This document shows positions 1 to 9,434 of a DNA stretch of 64,000 bases, one piece after another; the first letter of the stretch is position 1; each line of letters opens with the position of its first letter. The notes beneath the pieces were generated by a model. That model searched no databases and was not told the origin of the DNA. It saw only the letters and a list, made by a program, of their open reading frames with translations. The DNA comes from a virus (lineage: Duplodnaviria > Caudoviricetes). A program made the translations under genes and the position numbers. Location: positions 4,528 through 68,527 of IMG/VR virus record IMGVR_UViG_2914811602_000003; one strand, 5' to 3'.

Positions 1-1093
1 GTTCAGCGGCGTGCAAGCGCTCGGCGTCGTTGACCGAGCCGTCGATCACGGCGTAGGGGATCTTGGCGGTGTCGAGGGTGTGCTTGAGCTGGTTGCGCTG
101 GTGCGCCCACCAGAAGGCCACGACACATTGCTGGCGCTGCTCGATGAGTTCGCGGACGAGTTCGTAGCGGTCCTGGTCGAGGTAATGCGCCTGGTCGGAC
201 TCGTAATAGACCGCTCCAGCGCTGGCCTGCATGAGCTTGTTGTGGAGCACGGCGGCGTTGATCGCGGTCACGGTGCCGGTCTCCAGCTCCAGGATCGCGT
301 CCTTGCGCAGGGCCTCGTAGGCGTCGCGCACGGTCGGCGTGAGCTGGTAGGGGACGGTGTGCTCGACGTTGGGCGGGATGTCGATGCAGTCCTCGAAGCG
401 GTAGCGGATGGTGATGTCGTCGATCATGTCGGCGATCACCTCGTTGGCTTCCGGCTTGGGCTCCCAGTTGAAGTGGCTGGTGCGGCCGATCGGCACCGGG
501 GTGCAGAGCGCCTGCCGGAATTTGAAGTAGCTGCGGCCCAGGCGCTCGCCGTCGTCGATCAGCAGGATCTGGTGCCAGATGTGGAGCGGGTCGTTGGTGT
601 TCGGGGTGCCCGTCATCATCAGGCGGATCTCGGGGTCGAGCGCCTCGATCAGCTTGCGCAGCGCTTTGCTCCGGGCGCTGGTGTGGTGTTTGAAGGCGGT
701 CGACTCGTCGACGATCACGGCTTTGATGTCGGCCTCCTTGAGCAGATCGATGTTCTTGAGCAGCCAGGACGCGGCATCGTGATTGGTCAGGTAGATGTCG
801 GCTTCGCGCTGGAACGCCTTGACGCGGTTATGGGCGTAGGCCACGGAGTAGCGCAGTTCTGGGGTGAAGCGCTTGCAGTCAGCGCCCCAGGCGGCTTCCA
901 GGATGGATTTCGGGGCCAGGATGAGCGCGGTACCAGCACCAGGCGCCCGGCGCCAAGCGCTCAGCGCTTCGAGCACAGCACGGGTCTTGCCGGTCCCAGG
1001 GTCTGAGGCCACGAACACCCGGCGCTTGTCCAGGATGAAGTCGGTGGTGGCGCGCTGGTGTTCGTAGGGCGGGGGAATGGGGATTCCGAACAT
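1..1093 (-). CDS. SNF2-family DEXD helicase, 3' end truncated by window edge (not in ORF track)
   Basis: Manual translation from ATG at 1093 (TAATG overlap with upstream stop): MFGIPIPPPYEHQ...SDPGTGKT (Walker A)...LILAPKS...VIVDESTAFK (Walker B)...LMMTGTP; open to position 1. Confidence 0.88.
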   Translation of the reverse strand, partial: MFGIPIPPPYEHQRATTDFILDKRRVFVASDPGTGKTRAVLEALSAWRRAPGAGTALILAPKSILEAAWGADCKRFTPELRYSVAYAHNRVKAFQREADIYLTNHDAASWLLKNIDLLKEADIKAVIVDESTAFKHHTSARSKALRKLIEALDPEIRLMMTGTPNTNDPLHIWHQILLIDDGERLGRSYFKFRQALCTPVPIGRTSHFNWEPKPEANEVIADMIDDITIRYRFEDCIDIPPNVEHTVPYQLTPTVRDAYEALRKDAILELETGTVTAINAAVLHNKLMQASAGAVYYESDQAHYLDQDRYELVRELIEQRQQCVVAFWWAHQRNQLKHTLDTAKIPYAVIDGSVNDAERLHAAE

Positions 1094-1824
1094 TACAGGG
1101 GCTCCACGGCGAAGGTGCAGTCTCCGGTGCCTTTCTGGGTTCCGTAGTCGCACCACTTGCAGTTCATGACGTTAGGACGCGGCGGGAAGCGCGTGGCGCT
1201 GGTCATGGCGCGGAACTTGTCGATGAACTTGTTGAAAAGCTCCTGACCCTTGATGCGCTGGATGTGCTTCTCGGCCACAAGCCCTTTCTCGTCGGTGTAC
1301 CAGAGCTGAGTGGTGATGTCGGTGAGCGACGGGAACAGGAAGAACGCTAGCGCCGCGTAGAGCTGGGCTTGCTGGTTGTGCTTGATCTCGTTGCCGAAGC
1401 GCCGCCCGGTCTTGAAGTCGATGACGGTGGCGGTGAGCGGGTCGTGCAGGATCACGGCGTCGGCCTTGCAGCGCAGCCAGACGGTGTCGGCGTTCCAGGC
1501 GCACGGCTCCAGTTCTCGTGTCAGCGCCCATTCTTCCTCGACCAGGACTTTGCCCTCGCCATAGAACTCGCGCAGGAGTTCAAAGCGCTGGCTGAGTTGC
1601 TCCAGGCTCTTGTGCAGGGTCTCTGTGGTGCCGCGGATGTAGTTCTCGGCGTACTCGTGAACGCGCTGTCCCCGGATCAACGGGCTCGATTCCAGGGGCT
1701 CAGGCGTGGGCAGGCGGCGGATGTATTTCAGGTGTGCGGCATAGGGGCACTGCTCATAGAGCTTGAGCGCGGAGAAGGAGCAGGTCTTGAGGCATTCGGA
1801 CTCAGGGAATTGCGCAGGCGTCAT
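1093..1824 (-). CDS. PD-(D/E)XK nuclease (Cas4/RecB-like)
   Basis: Likely start MTPAQF at 1824. SFSALKLYEQCP, RGQRVH, KAD...VIDFKTG, QAQLYA and C-terminal CKWC...C cysteine cluster. Confidence 0.85.
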   Translation of the reverse strand: MTPAQFPESECLKTCSFSALKLYEQCPYAAHLKYIRRLPTPEPLESSPLIRGQRVHEYAENYIRGTTETLHKSLEQLSQRFELLREFYGEGKVLVEEEWALTRELEPCAWNADTVWLRCKADAVILHDPLTATVIDFKTGRRFGNEIKHNQQAQLYAALAFFLFPSLTDITTQLWYTDEKGLVAEKHIQRIKGQELFNKFIDKFRAMTSATRFPPRPNVMNCKWCDYGTQKGTGDCTFAVEPL

Positions 1825-1826
1825 GG

Positions 1827-2336
1827 TCAGTTGTCCCAGAAGTAGTGGCCGTCGATTTCGGTGACCGAGAAGCGCAGGTCGCCGTTCCAATAGTGCTCGC
1901 AGTCGAAGTAGGGCTGCGCCCATTCGGGGATTTCAGCCCACATCCCGGTCTCTTCGAGGTAGTCGTAGACGAAGTCTTCGTGCGAGTTGTATTGGCCCCG
2001 GTAGCGGTCTTGGAAGCTGTCGACGAGGTCGTCGGCATCACCTTCGTAGATTCCGAGGAACGCGCGCATGGCGTCGCCGTGCTCTTCGAGCGCTTGTCCA
2101 TAGGCGGCGACGGTTGCGATGGATTCGTATTCGTGGAGACTGGGGAAGCCTTCGTAGTCATGGATTGCCCATTCCTCGGCAGGCTCGCCGTATTTCTCGG
2201 CCGTGGGGGATTCGGCCAGCATGTCGTTGATCTCGTCCTGGATCATGTCAGCGTCCTGATCGGCATCGATCCAGGTGCCGTGGAGGACGCCGTTGTTGTA
2301 ATCGGAGAGCGAGGCGACGTAGATGCGTGGTGTCAT
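1827..2336 (-). CDS. ardA: Antirestriction protein ArdA
   Basis: Start MTPRIYVASLSDYNNGVLHGTWID, then EEWAIHDYEGF and PYFD..Y; very acidic, typical ArdA signatures. Confidence 0.88.
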   Translation of the reverse strand: MTPRIYVASLSDYNNGVLHGTWIDADQDADMIQDEINDMLAESPTAEKYGEPAEEWAIHDYEGFPSLHEYESIATVAAYGQALEEHGDAMRAFLGIYEGDADDLVDSFQDRYRGQYNSHEDFVYDYLEETGMWAEIPEWAQPYFDCEHYWNGDLRFSVTEIDGHYFWDN

Positions 2337-2480
2337 GGCGGTGTACCGGAGTAGTGTGGGACGGCGCGTGACGTGCGCCATTCGGTCCAATCACCGTGCG
2401 GAGGTGCATGAAGCTGGAGTGCTACGGCTTGGACGGCGGGCGTTATTGACGCCACCTCCCGCTGGGCGATGCCGTATCGT

Positions 2481-2720
2481 TCAGTGGTAGATGGCCGGGG
2501 CGTGCGGGTCGTCGTCGTAGGGCTGAGCGCTGTGGGTGAGCTCGAAGACCCGGCGCACATGCCGGGCGGCGAGCTCCCCGAGATCATCGCAGCGGGGGTC
2601 AAGTCCCGGATTCTTGAGCATCGTCATCAGCGCATCGAGCGAGGCTATGGTCAGCAGCGACGCCCGGTCTGGGTCGAGAATCTCCGAGTCGGACGATGTT
2701 TGCGTGGCTACTTGGTTCAT
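2481..2720 (-). CDS. Hypothetical protein (79 aa)
   Basis: ORF in operon direction; overlaps the 3' tail of the primase ORF. Confidence 0.5.
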   Translation of the reverse strand: MNQVATQTSSDSEILDPDRASLLTIASLDALMTMLKNPGLDPRCDDLGELAARHVRRVFELTHSAQPYDDDPHAPAIYH

Positions 2721-5052
2721 AGTTTCTCTGCGTGCTGATGAGTGGTTTTTCGAGGATCAGTCCTCTCATGAGCTGGCCGTTGAAGCGGGCCGGTTTCACT
2801 TCGAGGTCGTGGATGGTCAGCATCCGGGTGAACTTCGCGGGTGAGAAGTTCTTGCCCTGGAGGTAGTTGTAGAGTTTGTTCAGGTCATCACGGGGAATGC
2901 GATCGATCGGTTCCGGGGACTTGGCCCAATCACTGACGATCGAGAAGTATTCCTTGTAGGCGAGATCCGGGAGCCCCTGGCGGGTCTTGGAGTCGCCATC
3001 GATGAATTGCAGGAAGTAGTCGAGATCGCCGATCTTGAGGGCATGGAAGAAGGCGTGACTGCTGTTCTGCGCATGGCGGATGACGTCTTTGCGGTGCTGG
3101 TTTTCAAGGGGTCGAGTGACGGCTTGCCGGTCGACACGATAGTTGGCGAGGAACGCGGCAAAGTCATCGAGCTCGGAGTCAATGCGCTCGACCTCATCGA
3201 CTGAGATCAGCAGTGCCCGGCGTTGAGGTGGCGCGACATTGAATCGTCGGTCATTGGATTCGATCGGGAGCGGGTCATTGTGATTGGTGGCGATGATGAC
3301 GTTGTTGTAGAGCTTGCGCGTGACCGCATTGGCTCGCATTTTGCGAATTGAGGTACGGGTTTCCGTGATCATGTTCTTGAGCTTGTCCATGATCTTGTCG
3401 GAGTGCGCGCTTTCGGAGAGTTTGAACTCATCCAGCCAGTTGATGAGCGCCTTCTCCAGGTAGCCGTTGTAGTGCTCCTCGATATTGGGCGTGAGCACGG
3501 GCACAACATACTCGTCCCCGAAAAGGGGCCGCAAAATGCGCTCGAACAGCAAACCCTTGCCGGTGCCCGTGGTGCCGAAGAAGACCCAAGCGGTCTGGGT
3601 TTTCTCGCGGTACTGGAAGATGAAGGCCAGCCAGTTCAGGAAATGCTGCTTGGCGTCCGGCTCTGAGAGCAGGGAGTTGAGCACGCGGTCGATGGTCGGC
3701 GGGATGTCGTCAACGGGGTCATAGTTCTCCGTGAGGTAGCGCGTGGGTTTGAAGACGTTGACCCAGCGCTCATCGACGTCGATGACGCGCGGGTCGGTCG
3801 GATCGAATCGAACGTCCCAGTCCTCAATGATCTCGGGGGCTTCGGCGCCCCGCTGGGCCATGTAGTGCTGACACTTCTGGACGTTGCTGACCGGCCAAAG
3901 CTCGATGGTGTTGGCCTCGGTGTCATAGGCCGCGGTGAAGTAGGTGTCGGTCTCCCGATCGCGGAAGACGAGCGGAAGCGTGGTGCCGGAGCTCGGATCT
4001 TGGGCCGAGGCGCTTCGGGTGTACTGCGCATAGACATCGGGGGCGATGTCCTTGAGCCGGACGAAGGGCTCGTCCTTGAAGTTGCGCAGGATCTCGGGGT
4101 TGTCCTTGGGGAAGTAGTACGCCCAGGAGTCGCCGTGGTTGAGGTTGAGATAGACGAAGCCGCGAGCTTCCTGAACCCCGGTGACGAGCGCCCGTTCGGG
4201 GTTGGTCAGGATCTCGTAGTCGTTGACGAACTTGGTGCGCGCCGTGCGCTTGCGAAGCCCGGCCGCTTTGCGTAGCGCGTTGACGTGTTCGGTGATGCGC
4301 GCGCCGGTGGCGGCGGCGTCGACGTGGAACTTGAGCGAAGCGACGGCGTGGGTCTTGGTGACCAGCCGAATCCGGCGACCGGCGAGCGGATCTTCCAGCC
4401 CGTGAACGATGGGCGGCGCGATGTAGAGCAGCTTGTCGTTCTGGTTGGTGGTGACATCGAGCGGGTACTTGAGGCTGAGCCCGTTGGCGGTGAGGCTGAG
4501 CTGGTCTTTGAGCCCTGGGACGGTGAGGTTCCGGGACTTCGTCCATTCCTTGATGATGCTGGGCAGCACGGGCTTGTCGAGCAGGATGAAGACATGCCCG
4601 CGCAAGCCCTCGGGACGGGTGATCCCCGCCGAGGCGCTGTGCTGGAAGACGTAGGACACATGGCTCAGCGCCGGGTCGAGGGCGTTGAGCGCATGGTCGA
4701 CCGACTCGAAGCCTTCGGAGAAGTCGAAGTCCAGGCAGATCCACTGGGTCGGTGAGTGCGGGTTGGTGTGACCCGCACGCGACTCGTTGTTGAGCGGCCG
4801 ATCGAGGAGTCCCTTGAGGAGGACGCCTTGCTGGTCGGCGGCGCGTTGGACTTCCGCAAAGAAGGCGTCGATATCGGGGACGGGACGCCGATCGCTGCGG
4901 AAGTCCTTGATCATCGGGTAAGGGATTTCCTGCACACCGAAGGCATCCGCGCGGTACTCCTTGGTGATCGGACCTTGGGCGTAGAGAAAATCGATGAACA
5001 CGAGGGCTCTCCCGTTATTGGCGAAGCTGGAGCTCAAGTCTGGCGAGTGCAT
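2599..5052 (-). CDS. Primase-helicase: N-terminal AEP/primpol-like domain plus SF3 (DUF5906-type) NTPase
   Basis: WICLDFDF and GLRGHVFI in the N-half; FFGTTGTGKG (Walker A), NWLDEF (Walker B), IATNHND (motif C), RRFNV. True start may be GTG at 5001. Confidence 0.82.
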   Translation of the reverse strand: MHSPDLSSSFANNGRALVFIDFLYAQGPITKEYRADAFGVQEIPYPMIKDFRSDRRPVPDIDAFFAEVQRAADQQGVLLKGLLDRPLNNESRAGHTNPHSPTQWICLDFDFSEGFESVDHALNALDPALSHVSYVFQHSASAGITRPEGLRGHVFILLDKPVLPSIIKEWTKSRNLTVPGLKDQLSLTANGLSLKYPLDVTTNQNDKLLYIAPPIVHGLEDPLAGRRIRLVTKTHAVASLKFHVDAAATGARITEHVNALRKAAGLRKRTARTKFVNDYEILTNPERALVTGVQEARGFVYLNLNHGDSWAYYFPKDNPEILRNFKDEPFVRLKDIAPDVYAQYTRSASAQDPSSGTTLPLVFRDRETDTYFTAAYDTEANTIELWPVSNVQKCQHYMAQRGAEAPEIIEDWDVRFDPTDPRVIDVDERWVNVFKPTRYLTENYDPVDDIPPTIDRVLNSLLSEPDAKQHFLNWLAFIFQYREKTQTAWVFFGTTGTGKGLLFERILRPLFGDEYVVPVLTPNIEEHYNGYLEKALINWLDEFKLSESAHSDKIMDKLKNMITETRTSIRKMRANAVTRKLYNNVIIATNHNDPLPIESNDRRFNVAPPQRRALLISVDEVERIDSELDDFAAFLANYRVDRQAVTRPLENQHRKDVIRHAQNSSHAFFHALKIGDLDYFLQFIDGDSKTRQGLPDLAYKEYFSIVSDWAKSPEPIDRIPRDDLNKLYNYLQGKNFSPAKFTRMLTIHDLEVKPARFNGQLMRGLILEKPLISTQRNYEPSSHANIVRLGDSRPRPGVAADHSLARCADDDAQESGT

Positions 5053-5362
5053 TCCAGGCAGCGTGCGCCGCGTGCAAGAGTCCTGAGTCGGGATCGTGGG
5101 ACTCGTCGGTGAGCAGGTGGCGCAGGAGCGCGTCGGTGTAGCGCTCGCGTCCGTTGGGAACCGAGAGCCAGCCGTGGTCGGTGTACTTGTTCGCGCCGAA
5201 GGTACCGACGCGCGCGACCTCGGTCAGGGCACGGTTGAACCCGAGCAGCACGAGTCCGGTACGGGGCTTGTGCGCGTCGAGCTTGGCGCCTGGCGCGTGG
5301 GGGTCGCGGCCATGCGGGTCGGTTTCGGCGGTTGGGGTGTTGCATTCCAGGGACATCAGCAA
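5015..5362 (-). CDS. dATP/dGTP diphosphohydrolase domain protein (DUF5664-like)
   Basis: GAKLDAHKPR...EVARVGTFGANKY..GW...RYTDALLRH...DPDSGLLHAAHAAWNAL matches this family's pattern. Confidence 0.82.
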   Translation of the reverse strand: MLMSLECNTPTAETDPHGRDPHAPGAKLDAHKPRTGLVLLGFNRALTEVARVGTFGANKYTDHGWLSVPNGRERYTDALLRHLLTDESHDPDSGLLHAAHAAWNALARLELQLRQ

Positions 5363-5577
5363 ACCTCCAGCGCGTCGGGCCAGTCGCGGGTGGAGTTCGC
5401 TTCGTCGATGGTCGTGAATTTCTCGTGGAACTCACGGGCTTCGCGGACGAAGAGCTCGCCGTCGTAGTTGCAGTAGATGATGACCGGCGTCCCGTCGCGG
5501 GCATTGGTGCAGTCGACAGCGTGGGCAATGATTCGATAGGGCGCGCGGGTTTTAGCGTGGGTGGCGAGGGCGGTCAT
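5356..5577 (-). CDS. DUF1653-like small protein
   Basis: YRIIAHAVDCTN...VIIY...GELFVREAREFHEKF. Confidence 0.7.
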   Translation of the reverse strand: MTALATHAKTRAPYRIIAHAVDCTNARDGTPVIIYCNYDGELFVREAREFHEKFTTIDEANSTRDWPDALEVC

Positions 5578-5762
5578 GGAACCTCCAATCCGTGTTTTTT
5601 GAGGGTCTGCTTGTACTGAATCAGCCGATCAAGGAGGGTGATTTCTTTGTCGATCGCACAGCTCAAACGGGCGCGTAGCTGTTCGTTATCGCGGCGGAGT
5701 CGACGCAGTTCACGCTCAGGGTCAGCGGATGCCCTTGCTGGGTTGCGGGAGTTTTTGCCCAT
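5574..5762 (-). CDS. Hypothetical coiled-coil protein (62 aa)
   Basis: ORF in operon, overlapping both neighbours; heptad-like RELRRLRRDNEQLRARL. Confidence 0.5.
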   Translation of the reverse strand: MGKNSRNPARASADPERELRRLRRDNEQLRARLSCAIDKEITLLDRLIQYKQTLKKHGLEVP

Positions 5763-6279
5763 TGTATTGACCGCGCTTTGAGTACGAGGCGTTGTCGGGG
5801 ACCGGGGTGTTGAGACGCCAGAAGATGACCTGGCCGATCTTCATGCCGGGTTCCAGGCGCAGCGCCTGGTGCTGGAGCGTGTTTCTGAGCTCCAGGGTCA
5901 GGGTGGCGTCGCTCCAGCCGGGGTCGCCCCAACCGGCCAGCGAGTGCTCGATGCCGGAGCGCGCGACGCTGGACTTGAGCTTGAACTCGCAGCAGAGGTC
6001 GTTAGGGAGGTGGAAGGTCTCGACGGTGGCGGCGAGTACGAAGTCACCGGGCTCGAGTACCCAGCCGTTGTAGAGGTCGAGCGGCTTGGGGATGAGCACA
6101 GGGGACTCGCGGGCGGCAAGATTGACGATTGGGCGCTGGTCGCTTGGGTACAGGCGCTCGATCAGGAGCGTGGCGCCAAGACGCACGTCGATGGAGGCGC
6201 CGTTGACGTTGTCATGGGTGGTGTTCTGGATGACGCGCTGATCGACGAGATCGAGCAGCTCGGTGTGAGACAGCAGCAT
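5722..6279 (-). CDS. dcd: dCTP deaminase
   Basis: Start MLLSH with GGAG RBS; ASIDVRLG, KSSVARSG, GWGDPGW..TLTLE, GMKIGQ, Y..RGQYNGQ. Confidence 0.88.
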   Translation of the reverse strand: MLLSHTELLDLVDQRVIQNTTHDNVNGASIDVRLGATLLIERLYPSDQRPIVNLAARESPVLIPKPLDLYNGWVLEPGDFVLAATVETFHLPNDLCCEFKLKSSVARSGIEHSLAGWGDPGWSDATLTLELRNTLQHQALRLEPGMKIGQVIFWRLNTPVPDNASYSKRGQYNGQKLPQPSKGIR

Positions 6280-6340
6280 GAAGCACTCCAAAGGTAGGCG
6301 GGCGATCAGCCTACCAATGGAGCTTCAGGGGCTGCGGGGC

Positions 6341-7396
6341 TTAGATCGTCGCGGCTTCCTGGAAGCGACGGCCTCTCAGCTCCAGGGGCGTGGTGCTGAG
6401 GAGGTTTCCGGCGAAGAAGTTCAGGGAGTCCCGGACATGGAGCTCGAAGCAACCGGGGGTGGTCTCGACGATGAAGTACCCGTGGGAGGGCTCGTCAAAG
6501 CTGTAGGCGCTGTCTGCGGTGTAGGCGAGGTTGCGCGCTGAAAGCGTGCTCTCAAACGGGCGAATCCACTTGGCCCCGGCCGTGTCGTCCACGATGGCCC
6601 GTTCAAGGAACAGGCGCAGGTAGGTGTAGACCGACACCCATTCGAGTTCATGGAGTGCCTCGCGGAACGGGCCTGCAAAGTCCCCAAGACAGGGTTCGTC
6701 GTTGCCGAGGATATGCGGGTGGACCCGGTTCTGGTTGTCCCAGGAGAACGGCGCTTGGTCCCGCTGGCCGCGCACTGGAGCCAGGTGAACGGTGCCATCC
6801 GTCAGGCGGAGACTGACTTGGACGTCCTGGAGTGGGAACGATGGGATGCTCCCCGCGCCGAGTCCTCGGAGCCAGGCGTACGGGTTACGGTCTGGCCGCA
6901 TGAGCAGACCCGTGAACACCCAGCGGACGAAGGGGACGCCATAAGGGGCGTACCCTGTGGCGATACTCCCCGGCTTGAGGTTCGGGAGTCCCGTGAGGGC
7001 TCTGGTGAGATCCGCTTTGGTGACACGCTGCTCGCCCTGGAAGCCGGACGGGTAGCGGCGCAGTTGTTCCCGAGTGTTCGTCAGTTCGACGATGACTTGC
7101 CCTAAGTGGTACTTGGTGCGACGGTGCTGCCCTATGGCGTTCTCGACCAGGTTGTTAAGGGTGCCGCGCACGTTGGCGATGAACTGCTGTCCGTGGTGGT
7201 TTTCGGTGTCGTCGGGGATGTGCTGGTTTAGGGTGTTATCGAGGAGCTGATGCCAGGACTGAAAGTCTTGGATTTGGGCCTCGTGCCGGGCCACGAGCGC
7301 ATGGGTCTCCGCGTAGGAGCGCTCGTAGGCTTCGACGCTGTTCTTCAAACGCTGGTAGTTCGGATCGGTCCAGGCAAGTTCGTAGGCAAATGGCAT
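6341..7396 (-). CDS. Prokaryotic E2 (UBC-like) domain protein with N-terminal coiled coil
   Basis: VHPHILGNDEPCLG aligns residue for residue with the E2 consensus HPNI...G.ICL (Cys 10 residues after the first His); lies directly after the JAB and ThiF genes. Confidence 0.72.
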   Translation of the reverse strand: MPFAYELAWTDPNYQRLKNSVEAYERSYAETHALVARHEAQIQDFQSWHQLLDNTLNQHIPDDTENHHGQQFIANVRGTLNNLVENAIGQHRRTKYHLGQVIVELTNTREQLRRYPSGFQGEQRVTKADLTRALTGLPNLKPGSIATGYAPYGVPFVRWVFTGLLMRPDRNPYAWLRGLGAGSIPSFPLQDVQVSLRLTDGTVHLAPVRGQRDQAPFSWDNQNRVHPHILGNDEPCLGDFAGPFREALHELEWVSVYTYLRLFLERAIVDDTAGAKWIRPFESTLSARNLAYTADSAYSFDEPSHGYFIVETTPGCFELHVRDSLNFFAGNLLSTTPLELRGRRFQEAATI

Positions 7397-7399
7397 GGG

Positions 7400-8125
7400 T
7401 TAGTTTCCTTTCACGAAAAACGGGTCGCTGAGTTGGGCGTAAAAGCGATCTTCGAGGTCGTCGTAGGTGATGATCTCGTCGAGCCGGGGCTCCTGGCGCT
7501 TGGAGCTGATCGTGAAGTTCCGGGCATTGAAGACCGGGGGCTTGGCGCGACGCTCAATGACGCGCGCATCGATCAGCTCATCGAGGGCGTCGAAGAAGTC
7601 GATGTCGCGCAGATGTTCGTAGACGTCCCGATGGACACACTGGAAGACGACGCCCTGGCGCTTGTCGAAGACGTCGAGCTTGTAGTCGCCCTTCTTGTTG
7701 CGGATCTCGCGGATGAACCAGTCGGTGTGTTCGAGGTAGTCGCTCAGGTGCTCCTGGTCGGTGGGCGAGGGCGAGGCGGGCATGTTGACGTGGCTGTGCC
7801 CGTGGTAGCGCAGGTGGCTCGGGTCATCCCCGGCGTCCAGGATCTCCCCGGTGAGTTGCGCGATGGCGTTGGCGGTGATGTCGACGGTCGCGGCGGTGAC
7901 TTCCTGCTCGGGGATCAGGATCTTGTAGACGACATAGGCGTCCAGGTCTTCCTCGTAGCGCACGAGGCCGAACCAGGCCACCTCGACGTCCATCGCGCGC
8001 ACGAGATGGCGCACGGTGAGCTCGGCCTCGATCGTGAAGAGCACCATCGGGGGTTCAGCGCTTGGCGCTGGGTACAAGGGCGTGACGGCGGGCACGTTGG
8101 AGTTCTGGAAAGCGATCTTGGGCAT
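7400..8125 (-). CDS. JAB/MPN (JAMM) metallopeptidase
   Basis: Exact JAMM motif HSH-x7-S-x2-D (HSHVNMPASPSPTD) with upstream Glu in MDVEVAWFG. Confidence 0.87.
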   Translation of the reverse strand: MPKIAFQNSNVPAVTPLYPAPSAEPPMVLFTIEAELTVRHLVRAMDVEVAWFGLVRYEEDLDAYVVYKILIPEQEVTAATVDITANAIAQLTGEILDAGDDPSHLRYHGHSHVNMPASPSPTDQEHLSDYLEHTDWFIREIRNKKGDYKLDVFDKRQGVVFQCVHRDVYEHLRDIDFFDALDELIDARVIERRAKPPVFNARNFTISSKRQEPRLDEIITYDDLEDRFYAQLSDPFFVKGN

Positions 8126-8175
8126 GTTGGGCTCCAGGAATGAGGCGCCGGGACTCGGCGCCTGGGGCTAGGGGC

Positions 8176-8874
8176 TTAGCGCGACCACTCAGCCGTGGTG
8201 ACGATGAGCGGCTTGAAATACGCCTTGATGATGGCGCTGGCGCCTTCAGGGTTGGTCTTGGCGTTGATGAACTGCCACACGGCGAGATTGGCGATCAGCG
8301 CGGCGGTTGGGGCCACACTGAAGGGTGAGCCGCAGGCCGATACCTCGGCGTCCTCGTCCGCGCCCAGGGTGGCGAGGTACTGAGCGCGTTGCTCCTCGTC
8401 CGAGGGGTTGAAGGTGTAGATCACGCCATGCGTCGCGGCCATGCGCGTGTCGATGACACGCGGGATGTCGAAGCAGGGCGTGGGGAGGGCTTCGACGAGC
8501 TGGCGCCGGGTTTCGAGGCTATCGACCAGCAGAAAGACGGTGCCGTCGAGCTCGTGGATAGACTCGGGGGTGACGGCGACGGGCCGGAAGACCATCCCCT
8601 TGGGTACATGAGTCGGCGAGCAGCCGAGTTTGCGCACGGCCCAGTCGAAGAGTCCTTCGGTCTTGGGGATACCGATGTCACGGTGCATGAAAAGCTGATT
8701 GGCCAGGTTGTGCTCCTCGACGCGATCGGGGTCGAAGACCTTGATCCGGGTCAGCCCGAGCTCGACCAGGGTGGCGAAGACGCGGGAGCCGACCGCCCCG
8801 GCGCCGACGATGGTGATGCCGGTGTCGTGGTCGCGAGGGTTGAAGATTTCCTGATGGCGCAGTGTGCTGAGCAT
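8176..8874 (-). CDS. ThiF/E1-family adenylyltransferase
   Basis: ITIVGAGAVGS, FDPDRVEEHNLANQ, PKT, LLVDS, IDTRM; candidate catalytic Cys in EVSACG. Confidence 0.9.
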   Translation of the reverse strand: MLSTLRHQEIFNPRDHDTGITIVGAGAVGSRVFATLVELGLTRIKVFDPDRVEEHNLANQLFMHRDIGIPKTEGLFDWAVRKLGCSPTHVPKGMVFRPVAVTPESIHELDGTVFLLVDSLETRRQLVEALPTPCFDIPRVIDTRMAATHGVIYTFNPSDEEQRAQYLATLGADEDAEVSACGSPFSVAPTAALIANLAVWQFINAKTNPEGASAIIKAYFKPLIVTTAEWSR

Positions 8875-8879
8875 GGCGG

Positions 8880-9434
8880 TTACTCGGTAACGAGGATCAG
8901 TGTGTCGGTATCGGTTTCAGGGCGCAGGTAGAGCCCCCGGTAGTCGTTGTAGTGGGCGCGTTCGAGGTGGCGTTGCACGGATTCGGGGTCGTGGTGGATG
9001 AAGCCGTGCGCGGGCTTGACGCGCTGGGCGCCGACGCGCTGCACGGCGCGGCGGACGCTGTTGAGTCGCGGTTCGAGAAAGAGGCAGTTCTCGTTGTCGA
9101 GCACGAAGAGGTTGCTGACCGGTGTCAGCGGGTGCATGTACTGGTCGAGCATGGCCTCGATGTCGAGGACGTCGATGTCCTTGCCGCTGCGCACGGTGAG
9201 GATGCCGTCCATCTGGTGCAGCGCTTCGAGCCCGAAGCGCTTGTGGATGGTCTTGTTGCCGACCGGCTGCCCGTCCCGAACCCGGTGGACGCGCCCGTCC
9301 TGGATTGAGACATGCACGCCTTCGAGGGCGTACCAGGCCAGGTAGGGGTAGTCGCTGAGCTCGGCGATCCGAGCGGTTTGAATCAACGGATAGGCGGGTC
9401 GAGACTGTGCAGCTTGTCTTGGAGTCGGGTACAT
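8880..9434 (-). CDS. Degenerate ATP-dependent DNA ligase adenylation-domain homologue (probably inactive)
   Basis: Follows the short phage ligase pattern, but KxDG reads ALEG, DGE reads DGI and YEG reads YRG; no OB domain. Confidence 0.5.
   Translation of the reverse strand: MYPTPRQAAQSRPAYPLIQTARIAELSDYPYLAWYALEGVHVSIQDGRVHRVRDGQPVGNKTIHKRFGLEALHQMDGILTVRSGKDIDVLDIEAMLDQYMHPLTPVSNLFVLDNENCLFLEPRLNSVRRAVQRVGAQRVKPAHGFIHHDPESVQRHLERAHYNDYRGLYLRPETDTDTLILVTE

Noticed and set aside
11-1006. 331-aa plus-strand ORF, and the many other long antisense or overlapping ORFs in the track
   Set aside because: These are shadows of GC-rich genes on the opposite strand (here the SNF2 helicase); they have no motifs and the opposite frame has clear family signatures.
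5015-5362. Z-genome (2-aminoadenine) pathway suggested by the dATP/dGTP diphosphohydrolase
   Set aside because: No PurZ, DatZ or MazZ-like ORF is recognisable in the window; the hydrolase alone is insufficient.
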